A DNA stretch of 64,000 nucleotides from Octopus vulgaris (Eukaryota). Below are positions 55,261 through 64,000 of this stretch, piece by piece (positions within the stretch are counted from its first letter, which is position 1; the number at the start of each line of letters is the position of its first letter). A program made the translations under genes and the position numbers. Under the pieces are notes generated by a model, which worked only from the letters and a program-made list of their open reading frames with translations, did not search any database and was not told where the DNA came from. The stretch is taken from positions 42,036,001-42,100,000 of the forward strand of contig OX597834.1 of NCBI GenBank assembly GCA_951406725.2, given 5' to 3'.

Positions 55261-55285
55261 ATTCTTTTGCATGTTTCAGTCATAT

Positions 55286-55570
55286 GAAAATGTGGGTAGA
55301 GAGTGATGTGCTAGCAACCCTCTCCCCTTACTGTGTTATAAAGTAAACAACAACACAAATAACTACGCAGAGGCAGCCACGGTTGGAACAAGAACAAGAA
55401 GAACAAGCATTCTTAAAAGATAAAAGAAGCATGGTCATTCCTTACACAAGAGGCCTTACCTCATCGCCCATCATTTGTTATGCGCTCATAAATTAGTTTA
55501 ATAGTTGAGCTGTATGAAAATGAGTTCATAACTGGGGTCCGGAACTATCGTGGAAAAACAAAAATTTCAC
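55286..55570 (+). mobile_element. Right half of the 33510-34289 MITE family
   Basis: Highly similar to 34001-34289. Confidence 0.85.
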
Positions 55571-55911
55571 CGCCATAGAGGACCTGGCAATATACCAACA
55601 TATGACGAATGCAGCAACGCACTGCAACGGTACTTGCCCCCAATATTTGCTTGCCCTGACCTGAATTTTGACACAGTGATTTTAAGTGCAGGCTTAACTT
55701 AGCGTATAGTTTACGTCACAGCATTAGAGAGATGCAGAAATTACGATTTACGAGTAAACTTTATTACGAAAACCATTAACGAGGATGGTCTGGCAGAGAT
55801 TCGGGAGGATTAACGGCACCGGTGACATCATGAGTAATCGCACCCAATCACATCAACTCTTGCGATAAACACTGATTTCTCCGTCTCTTTCTATGTATCT
55901 ATCAGTAGCGA

Positions 55912-55967
<56 letters not shown>

Positions 55968-55973
55968 ATTCTG

Positions 55974-56020
<47 letters not shown>

Positions 56021-56132
56021 TATTCTTTAGATTGATATCAACATTCATACCACTACATGTCCTCAGTTTAGAAATTAATATTTCTTATATATATATATAT
56101 ATATACATACATACGTTCATACATACATGTGT

Positions 56133-56398
56133 GGAGGCGCAATGGCTCAGTGGTTAGGGCAGCGGACTCGCGGTCGTAGCATCGCGGATTCGATTCCCAG
56201 ACCGAGCGTTGTGAGTGTTTATTGAGCGAAAACACCTAAAAGCTCCACGAGGCTCCGGCAGGGGGTGGGTGGCGATCTCTGCTGCTCGCTTAGCCAGCGG
56301 GGTGGCGTCATTTGAAGGCTAAAACAATGCGAGGCGCATTGTGACCAGCGATGTGTAGCAACATCTGATAGCTTGGTCGGTCACGGTGATAACAGTGA
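56133..56398 (+). mobile_element. SINE family C with tail Y
   Basis: Match to 40883-41200 with an internal deletion. Confidence 0.88.
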
Positions 56399-56412
56399 TA
56401 TATATATATGTA

Positions 56413-56473
<61 letters not shown>

Positions 56474-57112
56474 TGTGTATAAATATATATATATATATAG
56501 GGAGAATTCACAAAAAAACAAAAGACGAAGACAGGTTGTGTAGACAACAAACAGATGTATTAGTATAACGCTCGGGAAGTGAAAAAGTATTTAACGTTTC
56601 GAGCCTACGCTCTTCCACAGAAGGGAACACAGAAAGAAACAAGGAGACATACATACGACTTTTTGGGGGGTTTGAAAACGCTCCTGAGTCTCAAAACGTA
56701 GATTATTTGGCACTAGAAGGTAATCTTTTTAGAGAGCTAGGTTATATCTTACTTTTAATATTTTTATGTATTTCAAGTGCTTATTTCCTTCATAGGTCCT
56801 TCATCAGAAGGGGTATATACTGATGGAGGATGTCGTATGCTTCCATGTTTCTTAGATTGTGTGTTGAGACATAAAAGATAAAATTTTCAGTGTGTCAAAG
56901 TGTTAGAAACTTCATCGTATTTAATTGTTCATATAATTCAACATCACTGAACTTCCATTGTTTTGTTACGGTTATTCCTCCAGATTTTCTGTGTAATACA
57001 GTGCTTTCCTTTCATAAACGCCAAGTTACTCTGGACTTGACAAAAATTGGGAATACATATATCATATGCCATGGATGGACGTCAGGGCAACACGTCCTGT
57101 GTATCACATAAC

Positions 57113-57435
57113 TGGCATTCTGTCGGTTACGACGACGAGCGTTCCAGTCGATCCTATCAACGGAGCAGCCTGCTCGTGAAATGAAGGTGCAAGTGGCTGA
57201 GGACTCCACAGACACGCCTACCCTTAGCGTAGTTCTCAGGGAGATTCAGCGTGACACTTAATGTGACAAGGCTGGCCCTTGTGAATTACAAGTATACCCA
57301 TTTTTGCCAGTTGAGTGGACTGGAGCACAGTAAAATAAAGTGTCTTACTCAAGGACACAACGCGCCGCCGGGAATCGAACTCATGATCTTGACGATCGTG
57401 AGCCGAATACCCTGACCACTAAGCCACACACCTTC
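57113..57435 (-). mobile_element. SINE family D with tail X
   Basis: Match to 48491-48803. Confidence 0.85.
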
Positions 57436-57499
57436 ACTTTGTACCACATATAATAAGCAAAATATTAATATTTTCCCGATCTCTTTTAACCGTAAAAAT

Positions 57500-57840
57500 G
57501 ACCTTTATAAACATCATGTCGTCATTTTTAGAAAGCCTCCATACTACCCAATAGTTAACATGCAAGTCACGGTAATGTCCGAGTCTTTGTCAAACTGCTT
57601 GTGCATTTCAAAAGCAATTGGCTTTACGAGTGACTCACCCTCGAACTGCATTCCTCTAAACCATATATGGCACTGCGCATAATTATGAAATTTTAAGCTC
57701 TTAATGTTAGTCACGCATCAACACGTTTGTATTAACCGATCATTTTTGTTTACTTAGTGTGGTTGTTGGCACAAAAGCTTGTTATGGTCACGCCTTTAAC
57801 TGTTCCCATTTTCAATTCTTTTCAAATGTTGTTTTATTGC
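57500..57840 (-). pseudogene. Possible highly decayed pogo/Tigger HTH remnant
   Basis: LKRIENG..WFRGMQFEGESLVKPIAFE weakly resembles a CENP-B-type HTH. Many disruptions. Confidence 0.3.
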
Positions 57841-57974
57841 AATTTCCTGGAGCAATGTTTGAACTACTTGTCCTGCCACCAGTGAAACACTGCACTACTG
57901 TGATCGGTTAATAATCCCTTTCTCCGATCTTTAAGTCTTGTGCCTAAGTTAGGGACAATACTTAACAAAGAAAA

Positions 57975-58256
57975 GGACGGAGAGCTGGCAGAAGCGTTAG
58001 CACGCCGGGCGAAATGCGTTGCCGTATTTCGTCTGCCGTTACGTTCTGAGTTCAAATTCCGCCGACGTCGACTTTGCCTTTCATCCTTTCGGGGTCGATT
58101 AAATAAGTACCAGTTACGCACTGGGGTTGACATAATCGACTTAATCCGTTTGTCTGTCCTTGTTTGTCCTCTCTGTTTTTAGCCCCTTGTGGGTAGTAAA
58201 GAAATAGGTATTTTGTCTGTCTTTACGTTCTGAGTTCAAATTCCGCCGAGGTCGAC
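57975..58256 (+). mobile_element. Family A SINE plus partial second unit
   Basis: Match to family A. Confidence 0.88.
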
Positions 58257-58445
58257 ATTAGTATTGTAAGAGTGTCGGAGTGGCTGTGTGGTAAGTAGCT
58301 TGCTTACCAACCACATGGTTCCGGGTTCAGTCCCATTGCGTGGCACCTTGGACAAGTGTCTTCTATTGTAACCTCGAGCCGACCAAAGCCTTGTGAGTGG
58401 ATTTGGTAGATGGAAACTGAAAGAAGTCCGTCGTATATATGTGCG

Positions 58446-58490
<45 letters not shown>

Positions 58491-59101
58491 GCTTGTGTGC
58501 CTGTGTTTGTCCCCCCACCCTTTACTGAAACAAGTAAAAGAGTAACGTAACTTGTAATCAAGGGGGATTATTATAAGAGTGTGTTATGAAGTCTGAAGAA
58601 GAAAAGACTTTCTTAAGATGTTTTGGAAGAGATTTGGCTGTTATTTCTAGCCGAACAAACGACGCAGGTAGAAAGCTCTCTCGTTGATTATTCAAACCAT
58701 CTAAACCACATTAACTTGTAATTAAGTGATTGTTTATTTTTTAAAAGAAAGAGCAGCGATGTTTCAATGTTAAGGAAGGTCTTTATTAAAATGTTCCACG
58801 TCTTTCACATTCAGGTTCAAAGTCTTAAAATAGACAGCGTTTAGTCGTCAGAGCAGTTTATTGTGGTCACTGCGGTTGCAGTTGTGATAGAGACAGTGGG
58901 TGGTGGGCAAGAGAGGAAATGTTGGGTGAGTGGGATTTTGGAAGTAATGACGGTGGTAGTAGCGGCAGCGGTGGTGACAGTGATGGCGGCGGCGGCGGCG
59001 GTGGTGGTGGTGGTGGTGGTGATGCGTAAGTGAGTGTGTTTTAGTTTGACGATGTTGCTGATGTTGGTGTCATCCAGAGCAGTAAATACAAAGTGTCAAC
59101 A

Positions 59102-59367
59102 AGGCGTCGAGCTGGCAAAATCGTTAGCACGCCGGACGAAATGATAAGCGGTATATCGTCTGCCGCTACGTTCTGAGTTCAAATTCCGCCGAGGTCGACT
59201 TTGCCTTTCATCCTTTCGGGATCGATTAAATATGTACCAGTTATGCACTGGGGTCGACATAATCGACTTAATCCGTTTGTCTGTTCTTGTTTGTCCTCTC
59301 TGTGTTTAGCCCCTTGTGGGTAGTAAAGAAATAGGTATTTCGTCTGCCGTCACGTTCTGAGTTCAAA
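59102..59367 (+). mobile_element. Family A SINE plus partial second unit
   Basis: Match to family A. Confidence 0.88.
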
Positions 59368-59788
59368 ATGCGGAATATTTGTGCATCAAGAATTATTTCC
59401 ACCAAGGCATTTCAGAAAATCATTGAAGTTGAGCTTCATAAAATGTGCCAAAATAATCAAAATAAATAAACAAACGCATAGTGTTACCCCAATAGGCGCA
59501 GGCGTGGCTGTGTTGTAAGAAGCGTGCTTCCGACCACATGGTTCAAGGTTCAGTCCTACTGCGTGGCACCCAGGGCAAAGGGCAAGTGTCTTCTGCAATA
59601 GCTTCGGGCCGACCAAAGCCTTGCAATTAGATTTGGTAGACGGAAACTGAAAGAAGCCTGTCGTATATATATATATAAGACCCAAAGAGTGGCAGGTAAC
59701 GCTAAGTGCTATGGACAGACCGTAGTTAAACTCTTGGTTCGATAGTGATACGAGTGTATAGTTTAATGTGGGTCTTGTATCATCATGT

Positions 59789-59825
<37 letters not shown>

Positions 59826-60177
59826 GGTATTGGACGGAAATAGATAACAAAGCCAAGGCTGTGAGGAGTTTTCAGAACACTGATAAGAAAAAAGATATAG
59901 ATATAGACTTACACCTGTTTCTGGGCTATTATGGATATCCCTTCATCAGAGACGATGTGATATGGTTAAATAGAGGTAAATGTTTGAGTTCGAAATAAGG
60001 AATTATTAAGGAAAAGGGGGAGATAGGGAATGTAGAGGGAAATAAGAGAATGGAAGTAGAAATAAAATGTAAAACATTGTAGTTTTATATATATACTCTT
60101 TTCTCTTTTTACTCTTTTACTTGTTTCAGTCATTTGAATGTGGCCTTGCTGGAGCACCGCCTTTAGTCGAGCAAATC

Positions 60178-61438
60178 GATAGAGTCATAATCCACTTGAG
60201 AGACCGCAGAAACGGTGGTACTTATTTTGTAATAATAGTAATACTAATACCGGCCGCTCATTGTTGTCTAGGGGGTTAAAGCCCTCGTTAGCCTCCATCA
60301 ATTTTAAGTGCTCAGGAACGCAACACTACTTCTGCGGGTGCCTCTTTGCTGGGTACGTTAGTCTAGTACACCAGCTGTAAGAAGTTTATATTTAAACTGT
60401 TGATATAAAAGACACAAAACGGTCGCACTATAAACACCTTACGATATTCTTTTTGCTGTGTCATCGCCCTGCTGTGCCGGGTTAACGTCCTTTAGATCAG
60501 TGACCGAGCTACCATATTCTTCAAAAGTGCTCTTGGTAGTCTTTACGTCTAGTGAATGCAACCTATATGTATGCAATTATCAACGACGGCGTGGGGCGGT
60601 ACAGGTAATGATAAAACCAGAATTACAAGTGAAGTATACTTCGGATGTTGATCTGTTTTCATTTAGTTCTCAACAATAATATTTCTTTTATTTTCTCACC
60701 AGGAGCGACTGTACGGTAAGTAGCTTGCTTACCAACCACATGGTTCCGGGTTCATTCTCACTGCGTGGCACCTTGGGCAAGTGTCTTCTACTATAGCCAC
60801 GGGCCGACCAAAGCCTTGTGAGTAGATTTGGTAGACGGAAACTGAAAGAAGCCCGTCATATATATGTATATGTGTATGTGTTTGTGTGTGTATATGTTTG
60901 TGTGTCTGTGTTTGTCTTCCCCAACATTGCTTGACAACTGATGTTGGTGTGTTTACGTCCCCGTAAGGCAGCGGTTCGGCAAAAGAGATCAATAGAATAA
61001 GTAGTAGGCTTCCAAAGAATAAGTTCTGGGATCGATTTGCTCGACTAAAGGCGGTGCTCCAGCATGGCCACAGTCAAATGACTGAAACAAGTAAAAGAGT
61101 AAAAGAGAGAGAGAGAGAGAGTATATCTTTTATTTCGTTTCTTTCCAGTCATTCTTCCATAACAATAGTACGAAGGCGAAGGCGAACATATTCCTACACA
61201 AAGGCAGCACTCCGCACACTCATGCAGGGTATTTTATGCAAAGTCATGTAAAGGAACATCCAAACGTGAAAGGAAATGAGGGTCCAGGTATGACTGTGGT
61301 TTAAGGATCTCGATTGAGACAAATGCTTTCCCTAAATCTAACAGCGTTGTTGCGGGTTCAGCCCCTTGTCGCGGCATCTTCTACAATAACCCAGGTACAA
61401 TGCTGAGTGAGTGAGTGAATGAGTGTGTTAGGATCCCT

Positions 61439-61482
<44 letters not shown>

Positions 61483-61571
61483 TTTATTAATATTGATCAG
61501 AAGTAACAGAGTGACTCAAGGTCCGAGAATTTCGTGCGTTGGCACTTATGAAATTGTTTGCACCAACATAC

Positions 61572-61626
<55 letters not shown>

Positions 61627-62190
61627 GTAAACAGAAAATATTGATCAACAACAATTGACTTACATCAATTGTTATTCTTTATTCTTTATTCTTTATTCAT
61701 TTATTTATTTTTTTTAATAATCGATTTTAGTCAATTGTTGTTGATCAATATTTCTCCATTTTCTGTTTACTTCAAATTTGATTCCTGATAAACTCATGTT
61801 TACCTTAGTCCTTACCTGTAACCTATGAACATAATATGCTTGCATATGTATGTGCAGGGTTAATATAGGTAATTATACCGGTAGTATAACGGATACTTTT
61901 GTCCCTTAGACGGTTATTCCAACCGCTAACTCTACTAAACTTATATAGAGTCTTTTTACTTCTATTTACTATTTATTGTACTTTATTGATTTTTAGAATA
62001 TGTTTTTTTTTATAGTATATGTTTTCTATATGGTGTGAATAACATCTTTCTTTATTGAATTGTTTAATAGAGGTTTTTCTCTAAGTGTTATACATATATT
62101 ACATATAGTGAAATTTGATATAAAATTGTTAAATTGAACTTTTCCCTTTAAGTTTTGGAATTATTTTCTCTATTATTACTATAATATATA

Positions 62191-62247
<57 letters not shown>

Positions 62248-62430
62248 TACATCACGTGATCACATGATTGACTAGACCATCAGATGTTGCTACACATCGC
62301 TGGTCACAATGCGTTCGCATTGTTTTAGCCTTCGTACGACGCCACCCCACTGGCTAAGCGAGCAGGCCAATATATATATATATATATGTATACCTACATA
62401 TATGTATATATATGTATACCTATATATATG

Positions 62431-62465
<35 letters not shown>

Positions 62466-62711
62466 ATAAAAGCGCCAGCGGGGTGGCGTCATTTGAAGGC
62501 TAAAACAATGTGAAGCGCATTGTGACCAGCGATGTGTAGCAACATCTGATAGCTTGGTCGGTCGCGGTGATCACGGTGGTGTGTGTGTGTGTGTGTGTGC
62601 GTGTGCGTGCGCGTGTGTCGCTGCAAACCGTTTGACAAGTGCCAACGCAGAAACTCTCGAGTCTTGAGTCATTTTGACACTCCTGCTCAATATCAATAAA
62701 ACACACACACA

Positions 62712-62764
<53 letters not shown>

Positions 62765-63697
62765 GTGGGACTCTTATAGAGTTACTGTTTACAAAATTCA
62801 CTCACTGAGCTTTAATGAAAACAGATCAACACCCGACGTATGCCTCACTTGTTATTCTGGTTTCATCATTACTCGTACGGTTACCACCTCGTCGCTGATA
62901 ATCGCCTGCATATACAGGTTGCATTCCCTTGTCGTAAAGACTACCAAAAGAATATGGCTGCTCGGTCGGTAATCTAAAGCACGTTAACATTGCAAAGTAG
63001 GTCTGTGGTACAGCAAAAAGTAAATGGCAAGATGTTTTTAATGCGACCGCTTTGTGTCTTTTATATAAACAGCTTCAATATAAACTTCTTACTGCTGTTG
63101 TACAAAACTAACGTACCCAGCAAAGGGGCACCCGCAGAAGCAGACTCGCGTTCCTCAACACATAAAATTGATGGGGGCTAACAAGAGATTTACCCCCCCC
63201 CCCCCTAGACAACAATGAGTGGCCGGTATTAGTATGACTATTATGACGACAAAATAAGTACTACCGTTTCTGCAGTTTCTCAAGTTGATTATGACTCTAT
63301 CCTCGAAGTATTTCTGTTTTTAATCTTTTACTTGTTTCAATTACTTGACTGCAGCCATGCTGGAGCACCGCTTTGAAGGTGCTGGGGTCGATTTGTTCGA
63401 CTAAAACCCCTTCCAGGCGCTGCTCCAGCATGGCTGCAGTCAAATAACTGAAAGAATAAAAGGTTAAAAAATAGACATACGTCGAGGATAGAGTCATAAT
63501 CAACTTGAGAGACCGCAGAAATGGTAGTACTTATTTTGTAATAATAGTAATACTAATACCGGCCGCTCATTGTTGTCTAGGGGGGTAAAGCTCTTGTTAG
63601 CCCCCATCAATTTTATGTGTTCAGGAACGCGAGTCTGCTTCTGCGGGTGCCTCTTTGCTGGGTACGTTAGTTTAGTACAACAGATGTAAGAAGTTTA
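60178..63697. repeat. Inverted triplication of a non-SINE block (+, -, +)
   Basis: GATAGAGTCATAATC..ACTTGAGA block at 60178 (+), ending 63305 (-) and 63487 (+). Confidence 0.9.
60700..61087 (+). mobile_element. SINE family B
   Basis: Match to family B. Confidence 0.88.
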
Positions 63698-63700
63698 CAT

Positions 63701-64000
63701 AGGCGTAGGAGTGGCTGTGTGGTAAGTAGCTTGGTTCCGGGTTCAGTCCCACTGCGTGGCACCTTGAGCAAGTGTCTTCTACTATTCCACGGGCCGACCA
63801 AAGCCTTGTGAGTGAATTTGGTAGACAGAAACTGAAAGAAGCCCGGTGTATATATGTATATATATATATATGTATGTGTATGTGTGTATGTTTGTGTGTC
63901 TGTGTTTGTCGCCCCAACATCGCTTGACAACCGATGCTGGTGTTTTTGAGTCCCCGTAAGTTAGCGGTTCGACAAAAGAGAACGCTAGAATAAGTACTAG
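63701..64000 (+). mobile_element. SINE family B, runs off the window end
   Basis: Match to family B. Confidence 0.88.

Noticed and set aside
58930-59030. Gly-rich exon ending in GTAAGT
   Set aside because: Explained by a GGT/GGC microsatellite; no acceptor or partner exons identified.

Overview
Repeat-saturated eukaryotic, AT-rich, intergenic or intronic DNA. The SINE families and microsatellite load look like an octopus (coleoid cephalopod) genome; this is my inference, not a database result. I can support no intact host protein-coding gene. Most ORFs in the track are translations of microsatellites or SINEs. Recognisable content: (1) four tRNA-derived SINE head types, labelled A-D here, that swap 3' modules and nest in each other; (2) decayed transposon ORFs, namely Helitron Rep and PIF1 helicase, a hAT/ZMYM1-like transposase, two mariners, a Chapaev3-like transposase, an R4/Dong-like RT, a CR1 and a Penelope GIY-YIG end; (3) MITEs and Helentron-type non-autonomous elements. 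Best second-look items: minimal hammerhead-ribozyme motifs in Penelope-like repeats, one with an intact core at about 37.7 kb; an inverted triplication with a ~600-bp palindrome at 60-64 kb; a SINE junction that appears to record fold-back synthesis; apparent self-targeted SINE concatemers; and a locally triplicated unit that keeps a TGACGTCA motif. Coordinates of decayed elements are approximate.
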